A DNA stretch of 64,000 bases from a virus. Shown here in pieces: positions 48,150 to 57,773 of the stretch. Each line of letters begins with the position of its first letter. The stretch's first letter is position 1. A program made the translations under genes and the position numbers. The notes beneath the pieces are model-generated. The model saw only the letters and a program-made list of their open reading frames with translations, ran no database searches and was not told the origin of the DNA. The stretch is taken from UHGV virus genome UHGV-0125821, one strand, 5' to 3'.

Positions 48150-48469
48150 TTTAAGTTGAATTGTAAATTTCTCCGATGTACATTCACTACCGATTGGCAC
48201 ACCGGTCAACTTTTTGAGACAAACTGTTTAGTTTTTCGTATTATTGCCGCCGCCATACCTATGGCGGTGCAATATAGGTGGCTGAAAAGCCCCCGTTGAC
48301 TCACGGTGTTCCAGCCTTTATTGCGCCGCCACCAGACCGTGGAACAGTCGATGGCGGCTCCGAAAGCAAGGAGTCACTACACTATGAACAACTACAGTCT
48401 TTTCCCATCACTCGTCGTCCACCACTCACGCGATAATCTGCATTCTTTACTCGCGCTGGGGGTGTCAAA

Positions 48470-48637
48470 ATGACTGTTCGCTACCTCAACTTTCAAATCA
48501 AGAACATTACTGGCGGTTGCTATGACTGGTTTGTCACTCTCGGAAAAGAAGTGATCACCGGGAAGCTGGATGAAGTGAAAGCTAAAGCAATGGCCTACGC
48601 CTGCAAGCAAGCCCGGAAGAAATCCGCCAAAGCATAA
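48470..48637 (+). CDS. Hypothetical small protein (55 aa, below the ORF-track cutoff)
   Basis: ATG preceded by GGGGG; followed by a strong terminator at 48743-48766. Confidence 0.3.
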   Translation: MTVRYLNFQIKNITGGCYDWFVTLGKEVITGKLDEVKAKAMAYACKQARKKSAKA

Positions 48638-48742
48638 AATACTGACTGTTGCGCCCTGGCATTATCGTGGGGTATATTTCTACGGCACCTTAGAAAAACG
48701 GGTGCCGGGATTGGAACCCCGGATAATGCAAAAGGCGACACA

Positions 48743-48766
48743 GACGCCGAAAGCGTCTTTTTTTTT
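48743..48766 (+). terminator. Rho-independent terminator
   Basis: GACGC-CGAAA-GCGTC followed by nine T. Confidence 0.75.
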
Positions 48767-48815
48767 GTGTCATGCCATCGCACAGCCATACGTAGCGTTT
48801 AGCTCAGAGATCAAT

Positions 48816-48891
48816 GGTAGTGCTGGCTGGGCTGCCGAAAGGCAGGCCGGTTCCCTTTTGCGCCGGTAGTTCCAACCCAGTCAGTGCTACC
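48816..48891 (+). ncRNA. Second c4-like antisense RNA (candidate)
   Basis: Stem GGTAGTGCTGG...CCAGTCAGTGCTACC around a CTGCC-GAAA-GGCAG hairpin; internal GGTAGTTCCAA is complementary to TTGGAAC...GGTAGC around the RBS of the icd-like ORF. Boundaries approximate. Confidence 0.3.
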
Positions 48892-48951
48892 GCCATTGAG
48901 ATTGGAACCTCACGCGGTAGCTCCTTAAATTAGCAAAAGGAGGCTGCCAAT

Positions 48952-49122
48952 ATGGCTACTATCCCTACCCCAACTCATTCTGAATTTATCTGGCGTTTCT
49001 ATTCCTGCCAAAAGCACCTGTATATCTGCGTCATGGCTGCTACCGAATCAGAGGCGCGCTCATACCTTCCCGAAGAACCCTGCATTTTTGCTGCTCGCTT
49101 CACTCTAATTGAAAGGTCTTAA
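48952..49122 (+). CDS. Second Icd-like small protein (56 aa)
   Basis: SEFIWRFYSCQKHLYICVMAATESEARSYLP is paralogous to the 10206-10430 product; SD AAGGAGG. Confidence 0.45.
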   Translation: MATIPTPTHSEFIWRFYSCQKHLYICVMAATESEARSYLPEEPCIFAARFTLIERS

Positions 49123-49244
49123 CGATAGTCTGCCACGAATAGTTACTTCCACTGCCTAAAGTTATTTAATTGCATTACAAAGTGTAAATTAGTAACATTA
49201 GAATCTCACACAGCACTATAACTATATGTTTTTTATGTAAAAGG

Positions 49245-49604
49245 ATGATAATCGTGGCTACTAAAATTAAACTTGAAAACCCTCAAACTGGCGAATCAAT
49301 CACCGGTTTTTATGGTTTTTCCTGGACTACATTCTTGTTTGGTGCTTTTCCAGCTTTGTTCAGGAAAGACTTTATAACTTTTATTGGGGTATTTGTAGTG
49401 ATGCTGATACTGGCATTCCTCACAGCCGGAATTGGCCCGTGGATTGCCTCATTTATCTGGGCGTTCATGTATAATAAATATTTCACCGTAAATAAGATAA
49501 AACAAGGCTTCATTTTTGCTGGTTCTCACACAGAAAATGAGTTGGCTGCTAGCAAGCTAGGATTGTCATTAAATCAAAACAACTGCAAAACTATTACCGA
49601 GTAA
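49245..49604 (+). CDS. Small membrane protein (DUF2628-like, tentative)
   Basis: ENPQTGESITGFYGFSWTTFLFGAFPALFRKDF plus two TM helices; AT-rich gene. Confidence 0.45.
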   Translation: MIIVATKIKLENPQTGESITGFYGFSWTTFLFGAFPALFRKDFITFIGVFVVMLILAFLTAGIGPWIASFIWAFMYNKYFTVNKIKQGFIFAGSHTENELAASKLGLSLNQNNCKTITE

Positions 49605-49643
49605 AGCCAAAAAGCAGGCTTAATAGTAAGCCTGCTATGTCAA

Positions 49644-50477
49644 TCACGAATCTCTCTGACAATTCAGAAACATAAACGCCCGCTTGTCTGTTAAATCCGT
49701 AACATAATACTCTCTCATGCCTGTAGGTTTTATTCTACGAGCATATACAAACTTATGAACTGGTTGTTTTTCCCCATAACTTACATCAGTCCTAAATTCA
49801 TCAACCACGCTACCATCTTTTTCAGTTTCCTTTCTCACTAGCTGATTTTCTAATACAGGCTTTGATTCGTCCATGCCACTAAAAGCATCCTGACCTGTGC
49901 TGTTGCCTCGGTTTCCGCGTGGCAAATCCCATGAAAAATAAGTGCCATAGTCAGTAATCACACGATCCCATGTTCCGGAATCCCCCATATAGTTAGAACG
50001 CTCCCCCTTGTAAGTTACAGCCACCTTACAGGCATACGTTTCACCATTATTTTTTTTATCATGTCCAGCCATGCTTGCAGGAGTTGCAGGGGAATTATGA
50101 ATAGATGCGCTTACATCATCTTGCGTTAATTCCTCAACTGGAGCAAATTCATATATGGGTGTGCCGAGGCTATTTAAATATAACTTATATCTAACCCTAA
50201 GCGCACTTCCATCAGAGAATTCATACGTTCCCAGACATTGGAGCTTATTTTTTTCTCTTATCTCATTGATCTGATTATAAGCATCAATTACAGAGATTGC
50301 TTCCTGATCGTCCTTAAGCAGTTCATTATAATCATCGATTAACATCTGTCTGGTTTTAGGGGCATTACAGTCAATTTTGCTAAAATCATAAGCAAAGGCA
50401 AATGTGGGAACAGAGAGAGCAACAACAGTAGCAAGTATTGTTGAGGAACATCTTTTCCCATTTTTTATAAAAAACAT
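49644..50477 (-). CDS. Secreted/exported hypothetical protein (AT-rich cargo)
   Basis: Start at the internal Met (50477) gives a signal peptide MFFIKNGKRCSSTILATVVALSVPTFAFA with GGAG upstream; the track start at 50555 is less likely. Confidence 0.5.
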   Translation of the reverse strand: MFFIKNGKRCSSTILATVVALSVPTFAFAYDFSKIDCNAPKTRQMLIDDYNELLKDDQEAISVIDAYNQINEIREKNKLQCLGTYEFSDGSALRVRYKLYLNSLGTPIYEFAPVEELTQDDVSASIHNSPATPASMAGHDKKNNGETYACKVAVTYKGERSNYMGDSGTWDRVITDYGTYFSWDLPRGNRGNSTGQDAFSGMDESKPVLENQLVRKETEKDGSVVDEFRTDVSYGEKQPVHKFVYARRIKPTGMREYYVTDLTDKRAFMFLNCQRDS

Positions 50478-50821
50478 TTCATTAACTCCATACTTTACCA
50501 TCTTAGCCGCGAGCGCGGTCCCTAAAACCCTTAACTTCACTGCACCGTCCTTCATGCAATCAAAATGACTTTTATGTTATAAAAATAATCAGCAAAATCA
50601 ACATGATTTAGGCCAAATTTCGGTCAAAAATAAAATCCACAAAAAGTGGTTGACACTATTTTGGAAATCACAAACTGCACATAATCCATCGCGCTAACGG
50701 CTCCCGTTGAAGGTTCTTTTGACGATTAACTTTCAGCCGAAGCGCGGTAGGGAGTCATAACGCCAAAGCAGGCCGCCATGTGCGGCCTTTTTTTGTATCC
50801 GTCATCCGTGGAGGAAGGACA

Positions 50822-51475
50822 ATGGAAAAGATCGCAATATTCAGCCTGACCACCAGCAAGCCTCAAATGCTCACTGCAATACTGAAAGACGGTGCTCTCA
50901 TTATTAACGAAGTAAAACCCCTCCCCGCGTCAGCATTGGAGCAAAAGCAAAAAATTCCTCCAGCTATAGCAGCCCTGCGGAAAAGCAAATTTAAGGTACT
51001 GGTAGACGAAATTACGCCAACGATCTCCGCTGGCACCGGAGCAAGCCAGGTGACTCTCAAGACCCGTCATGCCGATGGCAGAGCAGCAATCATCGTCGGG
51101 ATGGAAAGATACAGAGAGTTAAAACTCCAGAAGCTATTATCCCTGCCGCAAAATAACAAAGGTGCTTTCGAAATCCCTGACTCCATCGTTGACACCGAAT
51201 ACAACGGTAACGGAGAAGAAGTCTACCGGGTGAACTGGCAGGATATCAGGCCGGAGCATATTCTGATGATCCTGTGTTGCTACGCAACCGTATACCACAA
51301 CGTTGCCAGTGCGGATTACGTAGAGCAGATGATCGGTACAGTCGAGAAAGAGCAAAAAACAGGCATACTCGCTTCGTTCCTGTCCATTATTGGGCATGAA
51401 AAAGTTAAAGCAGGCACCTCCCAGCCAAAGTCACTGACTGGGAAAGAAGTTGATGAAGATACCGTGATACTTTGA
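50822..51475 (+). CDS. Hypothetical protein
   Basis: Start MEKIAIFSL after GGAGGAAGG; the track start at 50780 would include a terminator-like hairpin. Confidence 0.5.
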   Translation: MEKIAIFSLTTSKPQMLTAILKDGALIINEVKPLPASALEQKQKIPPAIAALRKSKFKVLVDEITPTISAGTGASQVTLKTRHADGRAAIIVGMERYRELKLQKLLSLPQNNKGAFEIPDSIVDTEYNGNGEEVYRVNWQDIRPEHILMILCCYATVYHNVASADYVEQMIGTVEKEQKTGILASFLSIIGHEKVKAGTSQPKSLTGKEVDEDTVIL

Positions 51476-51803
51476 TCACATTAGTAGCTTTGTTAACTCC
51501 CTCAATACCAGGTAGAAGAGTAACAAAAATATTGACGCGAGTATTTGAGTGGTCAATGAAGCGTTCATAAACAGATCAATTAGCATTAATAATTCGAAGA
51601 TAACATCCATGTCATTCACTCCGTTTAATTTTTAATCTAATGCCAGCAAATGAAGCTGGCCCCCGCATAAAGATTAATGAAAGTCACTTGTCACCAGTGA
51701 GGGGATTTATGAACCACATCCCCCTGAACTGGTGGCCTGTCTGTTTCTCGCATTTCACACCCTGCATACAGTTTCCCCCAGGTTATGACTGAGAGGCTTT
51801 GTT

Positions 51804-52133
51804 ATGGGCTATAGCAGACTCGACGATAGGTACATTGAAGACGATATTTTTCGTGCGCTGTTTCACCAGGAAATGATTAAGCGGGTATCGGAGTATCACT
51901 CTGATAATTTCCAGTACACGATAAAGATTGATGAAGTATATCGTTCAGATCTTGCAGCCTACCGGGCGTATGGCAATGCAGATTTGCGCTGGGTATTCCG
52001 GGTGCTGGTGGGCCATGAGTCAGAAATGGAAGAAATGCCCGCAGGGACCACGTTAACTCTTCCTGATGTGGCATGGCTGAGGAACAAGATCCGTGATTAC
52101 GCGAGCGCGGAACCGGAGATAGAAAATGCCTGA
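51804..52133 (+). CDS. Hypothetical protein
   Basis: 109-aa ORF, coupled to the next gene. Confidence 0.45.
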   Translation: MGYSRLDDRYIEDDIFRALFHQEMIKRVSEYHSDNFQYTIKIDEVYRSDLAAYRAYGNADLRWVFRVLVGHESEMEEMPAGTTLTLPDVAWLRNKIRDYASAEPEIENA

Positions 52134-53319
52134 TTTCCTGAAAAACCAGGACGGGCGCTATATCACTGACGGCCTGTCCTCTAAGGACTTCACGCGTTTA
52201 TTCGAGCTTATCAGGAAAGAACAAACCCGTAAGCGCCGACAAGCTCACCGGACGCTGACGCCAGGTAGACTGAGGAACAAATCCGCCGAAGATATTCTCA
52301 AGTTAGGGAAGAAAAAAGGCGGCACGTTCTTCACGCGAGACGACCTGAAAGGTTTCGAAAAGCTACGGAGTAAAACGCGCGAAAAATACGACAGCAAGAC
52401 GGCTGGCATCACATACGCCCAGCTGGTGGCATCCAGCCAGGCAATCGATATTAAGCGTGCAAATAACGCCGTGGATGACGGATCTGGTATCAAAAGAGCT
52501 ACACCCGTATCTCTTCGCCACAATGTGATTAATATCCGCGTAGAAGCATCGGATATATCCGTCCACCAGCACCATATCGTCCGGATACGCTTTGAAGAAT
52601 GGGATCAGATGGTTGATGACATCGCAGAAGACGATAAATCAGCTCTCAAAATCACTAAATCACTGTGCGCCGGGCGAGTGTCTTTCGATTGTGACTGTGG
52701 TCGTCATCAATACTGGTATCGTTACATCGCCACTGCGGGTAACTTTGCCCTGGCACCGCCAAAAGAATACGCCTATCCAAAAGTTCGCAACCCGAAGCTG
52801 CAAGGCGTCGCCTGTAAACACGTGATCCACTCAATGACGCGGTTACAGTCCGCCAGTTGGCAAATGAGTATTGCTCGTGCGCTACAAAAGGCTGCAACGC
52901 AAATTGCATTTGGTGATGATCGCCGCCGTACAACCAAACACTTCTCAAAAGAAGACGAGAAGGAGTTTAATCGCAATCGTAGCAGTAAAACGAACGTTGA
53001 AGCCGCCAAACGCGAATGGAGGCTCTATCAGAAGCGCCAGGCAGCTTTAAGTACAAAACTGGCAAAGGACAACGGCAAGATCGACAAACTACGTGACCAA
53101 TTGACCAAGGCCAGAAAGTTGTCAGATGCACAGAAAAAACGGGCGGCAGCAAAAGAAGCGGCCTTGCAACGTGAGAAACAGAAAAACAAGGAGCTTCAGC
53201 AACGCCTTGCCGATCAGTTCGCACTGAAGAAGCAGGCGTTCATTGATGCGCTTGTCATGGCTGGAACACCACCAGCACAAGCTGAAAAAATGTTCATGGA
53301 GTATGTAAAAAAAGCATAA
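52126..53319 (+). CDS. SWIM-type zinc-finger protein with Lys-rich coiled-coil C-terminus
   Basis: CDCGRHQY...CKHVIH resembles a SWIM CxC...CxH module. Confidence 0.5.
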   Translation: MPDFLKNQDGRYITDGLSSKDFTRLFELIRKEQTRKRRQAHRTLTPGRLRNKSAEDILKLGKKKGGTFFTRDDLKGFEKLRSKTREKYDSKTAGITYAQLVASSQAIDIKRANNAVDDGSGIKRATPVSLRHNVINIRVEASDISVHQHHIVRIRFEEWDQMVDDIAEDDKSALKITKSLCAGRVSFDCDCGRHQYWYRYIATAGNFALAPPKEYAYPKVRNPKLQGVACKHVIHSMTRLQSASWQMSIARALQKAATQIAFGDDRRRTTKHFSKEDEKEFNRNRSSKTNVEAAKREWRLYQKRQAALSTKLAKDNGKIDKLRDQLTKARKLSDAQKKRAAAKEAALQREKQKNKELQQRLADQFALKKQAFIDALVMAGTPPAQAEKMFMEYVKKA

Positions 53320-53352
53320 ACCACACATAGCCTAGTAGTTTATGCTGGGCTT

Positions 53353-54081
53353 TCATTTTTTTGAAAGATCAATTCCAGTATTATCAAACAAACTGGAAAT
53401 ATCAGACACCAATTTATTAAAATGCTTGTCATCATTATAGAATGATGTGCTTTTTATAGCGACTATAAAATCACATAAATCTTGCGGAGATTCAATGCTA
53501 ACCCCCTTATTTTTATATAGTTCAATAATACTGCCAACATCAGTATGCAATAGTTTTATCGCGCCACAAATTTCTCGCTGTTTCGTAACCAAGTCATTAA
53601 GTTTATTTTCATTTTCATCTAAGATTTGTTTTGAATATTTAGCGTCATTGGTTGCTTGATTTAACTTTGTTTTCTTTCTTTGCAATTCTATTCTTTTATC
53701 ATAATCAGCAACTTCATCTAAATATCTTATTTCAGTGTATAATTTACTTGTTAGCTTAGATATCTTCAGTGTGAGAACAGGAGCTAACACAGATGCAAAT
53801 ACTCCATAAACAAATGGGATTACAACGTGATAAACCCACGGGGATACAATCCAATTATCAATGAACGGGACATTACCACCAACAGAAACAATAGATAATG
53901 TATATAGGATGTCGTCCTTTGACTTTAATATAATTAAAATATCCTTCCAGTTAAAAATTAGAAAAGAAATGACAACATATGCAAAAACCTTGTTAAATAT
54001 TTTATCTTTTATTATTTCAGAAAATGATTTTAGTTCTGTTTCATTTATAGACGGATTATCTTTAACTTTTTCTGACATCAT
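53353..54081 (-). CDS. Membrane-anchored coiled-coil protein (AT-rich cargo; exclusion/abortive-infection candidate)
   Basis: 242 aa with N-terminal TM helices then a long K/N/D-rich helical region; much lower GC than flanks. Confidence 0.5.
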   Translation of the reverse strand: MMSEKVKDNPSINETELKSFSEIIKDKIFNKVFAYVVISFLIFNWKDILIILKSKDDILYTLSIVSVGGNVPFIDNWIVSPWVYHVVIPFVYGVFASVLAPVLTLKISKLTSKLYTEIRYLDEVADYDKRIELQRKKTKLNQATNDAKYSKQILDENENKLNDLVTKQREICGAIKLLHTDVGSIIELYKNKGVSIESPQDLCDFIVAIKSTSFYNDDKHFNKLVSDISSLFDNTGIDLSKK

Positions 54082-54102
54082 AGCTTATCCTGATTACTTT
54101 TA

Positions 54103-54303
54103 TTATGGATAGTTAAAAGATTCAACAGGTGATGGTGGTTGAATTGGGTAATGTTTCTTCTCGTACTCCTCAATGAGAAGACTCATAACCTCAAAGAAAT
54201 CACCTTCCGGAGTATTCATTTCCGGTTCGTTATCGAACATCGGTTCGACCGCACGCAGTGCGGCCTCATAATCTTGTTCTGTACGGATAGGTTTAATGTT
54301 CAT
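54103..54303 (-). CDS. Small protein resembling the N-terminal domain of long HigA/HipB-type antitoxins
   Basis: IRTEQDYEAALRAVEPMFDNEPE...LLIEEYEKKHYPI pattern; 66 aa, no HTH; directly downstream of higA. Confidence 0.3.
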   Translation of the reverse strand: MNIKPIRTEQDYEAALRAVEPMFDNEPEMNTPEGDFFEVMSLLIEEYEKKHYPIQPPSPVESFNYP

Positions 54304-54359
54304 TAATTACAAAGGAAAGCCCACTTGCTAAGTGGGCTTTTTGTATGTGTTTTACTATA

Positions 54360-54698
54360 TCAGGCTGCTTTTTTATTCAGGTTCCGCTGAGAAATAAATT
54401 TTTCAGCAGTATTGATACGACTTAACTCTTCCTGAACGCGCATATCATTTTCGACTTCCCACAGATCTACTGCGGTCTGAAGATTAATCCAAAAATCTAC
54501 AGAAGTATCGAATGCTTTTGCCAGGCGATATGCCATATCCATCGTTAGCTTACGATTGTTATTAACAAGAGCACTTACGGTGTTACGATGAACATGAAGT
54601 ATTTCTGCTAACTCGTTGATCTTCAGCTCTAACGGCTCCAGGTATTCGTACAGCAGGATATCACCTACGGTCGTCGGTTTTCTGGTTGCCTGTTTCAT
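54360..54698 (-). CDS. higA: HigA antitoxin (XRE-family HTH)
   Basis: MKQATRKPTTVGDILLYEYLEPLELKINELAEILHVHRNTVSALVNN... is a typical HigA. Confidence 0.85.
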   Translation of the reverse strand: MKQATRKPTTVGDILLYEYLEPLELKINELAEILHVHRNTVSALVNNNRKLTMDMAYRLAKAFDTSVDFWINLQTAVDLWEVENDMRVQEELSRINTAEKFISQRNLNKKAA

Positions 54699-54768
54699 TT
54701 TTTGCCCTTACTAGCGTGCGTATTAAGTGGACTCTGGTCAGAACCCGGTCCGTAACCGGGTATCTGTT

Positions 54769-55071
54769 TTAGTATTTGTGAGGGTCGAGATACAAGTCCT
54801 CGGCCTTTCCGTTAACCCACTTAAAAATTAACCTATATTGCTTATTCACCCTTACTGATGAATAGCCATTTAGCTTCCCTGACAGTTCCTCATACCGATT
54901 ACCTGGTGGTGATCTTAAATCCTTACAGGTAGTTGCGGCATTGATAATGTCCAACTTCCGTGACAATGTCATATGAATATCAGGAGGTATCTTTCTATGT
55001 GGTGTTGAAAATTCAAAAAAATCATCAAGCCACGCATCCCTGAAATCCTTTATGTTAATTTTTTTGGTCAT
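54769..55071 (-). CDS. higB: HigB toxin (RelE/ParE superfamily)
   Basis: DDFFEF...LRSPPGNRYEELSGKLNGYSSVRVNKQYRLIF fits the HigB family; toxin gene precedes antitoxin as in higBA. Confidence 0.85.
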   Translation of the reverse strand: MTKKINIKDFRDAWLDDFFEFSTPHRKIPPDIHMTLSRKLDIINAATTCKDLRSPPGNRYEELSGKLNGYSSVRVNKQYRLIFKWVNGKAEDLYLDPHKY

Positions 55072-55221
55072 TAGTCATTTGATCCTCCGTGATGATTACC
55101 GAATGCCATAACTATAGCGCACCGTTGCACTGTGCGCAAGTGCATTTTATGAATTCCCCCTCCTTCATCCAAAATCACAATCTCCAGAAAATCTTCCTTT
55201 CGATACCTGACAGATCGACCT

Positions 55222-56025
55222 TTGAGGATGCTTATGGGCCGTTTTGACGAATGGTTTGCTGACGATGCAAACCTGGCAAGTAAGGAGTCAGAACATGACA
55301 GCACGCAGAGAGAAACGCCAGCGCCGATTGAAGCGAATGCAGGAGGCGCGCCGGAACATGGCAATACCGGTTCGGATTCATTCAGCATTCTGGAAGAGCA
55401 ACCCGCCGCCCAAGCTGATAGCCATGATAATTTTGCTGATAGCAACGGTGGCCTTACTCCGGATGCTGGCGAATCAGATATAGCCATACTTCCATCTTCC
55501 CTGGCTGGCAGAGAACCGACTCCACAGTTAAAAGCACGCTATAACGGGCATAAAGCCTTTAACGACCAAATCCGCGCAGACTGGATGCTGATTATTGAAT
55601 CCAGCCCAGACGCGTTTCAGGCTCTCTTATATCGACCAGATGTTGGCACATATGGGGTAGTCAGCGACGAAACAGGAGAAGAGTCATTCACTGAACTGGA
55701 TAACAACCAACGCGAACTGACTTACCAGGAACCTGAAATCGTTTATGTGCTGGATAACCCTGACGGGCGTGACTCTTTCCATGCGATTGACGCAGACGGT
55801 GAGCAGGATGGCTTAACCGATGATGTTCTGATTCTGCGTATTGCAGCAAATAACGTCCCCGTCGGCTCAATTCTTGAATGGAATGAAGAGATGGTAAACG
55901 GCGTAGCGCGCCGCTGGTGGTACGTGCACCGTATTTTTAGCTACGGCACACAGCATGTTGGTTCGCTTTACTACTGCATACCTGCCAGGAATTTTGATAC
56001 GACTCAAAACGGAGTGATCGAATGA
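55222..56025 (+). CDS. Hypothetical acidic protein (possible virion/baseplate module)
   Basis: 267 aa, Asp/Glu-rich; first gene of a coupled four-gene plus-strand cluster. Confidence 0.45.
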   Translation: MRMLMGRFDEWFADDANLASKESEHDSTQRETPAPIEANAGGAPEHGNTGSDSFSILEEQPAAQADSHDNFADSNGGLTPDAGESDIAILPSSLAGREPTPQLKARYNGHKAFNDQIRADWMLIIESSPDAFQALLYRPDVGTYGVVSDETGEESFTELDNNQRELTYQEPEIVYVLDNPDGRDSFHAIDADGEQDGLTDDVLILRIAANNVPVGSILEWNEEMVNGVARRWWYVHRIFSYGTQHVGSLYYCIPARNFDTTQNGVIE

Positions 56026-56789
56026 CTTCAAATAAAACCCTCCTGGCGCGAACAGGTGAATGGCAAACCTCACGCACAGGAAAATTCCAGACCACGGGCT
56101 TTGAAAACGTGGATAACGCGTTTGCGACGCTAATCAGCAACATTTTTTCTGATATCTTACTGGTGGCCCCCGCGCCGGAAGAAAAACGCTTTGCGTCATT
56201 CCTGAATCGTCCACCAGCAGAGCGTGTCTATGTGGCCCGTTTCGACAATGCGATCGAGTTTCTTAAAGCAGTTCGTCGCGCAAATGCCGGGCAAGGGAGA
56301 AAACCTGAAAACCAGAACATTAACCGGGATGCTCTCCCCCTGGTCAATATCTCACGCACTATGGATATCAATTATATCAACGATGATCAGCAGATTGACC
56401 GCAAAAAAGTAGCCAGTTTTTGCGAACCGGATACCGGAATGCCTTTAGCAGAACTGGAATACACCCAGGCCATTCTGACGTATGACGTTACGTTAATGGC
56501 AACTGATAAAGCGACCATGAGTCTGATGTGTAATTCGCTGGGCGCACGGCTTCGCCTGATGACAGGTACACAATTTGAAGCAACCACTCACCTTGTTCGT
56601 GTCCCGGTCCCGCTGATTTGCTCGATACAGGATGCCAAAGAAGTCGGCTTTACGGATGTTTCAGCACCAATTGGAGAAGAGCGTATTTATGCCACACAAG
56701 CGCCGATAAGTGTGATTGCAGACGTGATCACAGCATGGGAGTTGGACGCAAAACGTATTATTACCGAAACCTCGATATCTATGGGGTGA
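56022..56789 (+). CDS. Hypothetical protein (possible baseplate module)
   Basis: 255 aa; 4-nt overlap upstream. Confidence 0.45.
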   Translation: MTSNKTLLARTGEWQTSRTGKFQTTGFENVDNAFATLISNIFSDILLVAPAPEEKRFASFLNRPPAERVYVARFDNAIEFLKAVRRANAGQGRKPENQNINRDALPLVNISRTMDINYINDDQQIDRKKVASFCEPDTGMPLAELEYTQAILTYDVTLMATDKATMSLMCNSLGARLRLMTGTQFEATTHLVRVPVPLICSIQDAKEVGFTDVSAPIGEERIYATQAPISVIADVITAWELDAKRIITETSISMG

Positions 56790-56792
56790 TAA

Positions 56793-57773
56793 GTGGCCCA
56801 GGAGTTACAACAATATTTTCTACAGTCAGTGCTCATTAACGATAACAAAGTGCCACGAGACTGGATTTTTACCGCAGTATATGTAGAAAAAACCAGCCTC
56901 AAAGCCCCTTTGCTAAAACTGGAAATTCATGACGCTACCGGCACCGTAATTGATGACTGGAAAGCCAAATACGGTGCATCGCTGGTGGCTGAAATGGGCG
57001 ATCCAAACGGTAATGCAGGCACTTTTAAAACAGATTTCTTTGTTACGTCTGCAATGCTGGCTGGTGATGTTGTTACCGTTATTGCTGTCAGTGAAGACGT
57101 GCGCAGGTTTAAGATCCCCTCCCCGCGCACAAATTTACATACCAACAAAACACCAGACGCTATATTCAAGGCATATTCCGGCAAACTTAAAATTACCAGC
57201 AGCGTGCTAAAACGCGCAGTTACATATCATCTGAATGCCGGTGACAAACCGTCAAAAATGCTTTCGGAGATAGCGCGAGACAAAGGTGCATTGTGTTGGG
57301 TATGTCGGGGGGAATTTAACTTTTACACCCTGGCTGATCTGATGAAGCAAACGCCATCATTTACCTACGAGGGGAATAACCCTAAAGCAGAATACACTTT
57401 GTCCAAAATGCGCCTACTCCAACAGGAACATGCGACAACAGCAAAGAATCAATATCGTTTTGTTGGGTATTCCATGACCGATGGCTACGTCGAATATGGC
57501 GATAGCTCACTCCCAGTGCGTTATATATCCGACTCTGATATGGAAACTCTTCGCAATATGCAGCTGTCTCTCGTCCCCAAAATGGATATAGAAGTCGCAG
57601 GCAATCCTGATATAAAACCGGGGATGGTAATAGAGATTATCGTATACCGCTATGACCAGGAAAACCGCATTGATGAATCAATGCCCCGTAAGCTGATAGT
57701 AAAAAATGTTGCGCACTTTGAGGACCGCGTAGGCTACACAACACGAATGATATTGGGAGTGCCTAACAAATGA
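56793..57773 (+). CDS. Hypothetical structural protein (possible baseplate hub)
   Basis: 326 aa immediately upstream of the spike-like gene. Confidence 0.45.
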   Translation: MAQELQQYFLQSVLINDNKVPRDWIFTAVYVEKTSLKAPLLKLEIHDATGTVIDDWKAKYGASLVAEMGDPNGNAGTFKTDFFVTSAMLAGDVVTVIAVSEDVRRFKIPSPRTNLHTNKTPDAIFKAYSGKLKITSSVLKRAVTYHLNAGDKPSKMLSEIARDKGALCWVCRGEFNFYTLADLMKQTPSFTYEGNNPKAEYTLSKMRLLQQEHATTAKNQYRFVGYSMTDGYVEYGDSSLPVRYISDSDMETLRNMQLSLVPKMDIEVAGNPDIKPGMVIEIIVYRYDQENRIDESMPRKLIVKNVAHFEDRVGYTTRMILGVPNK

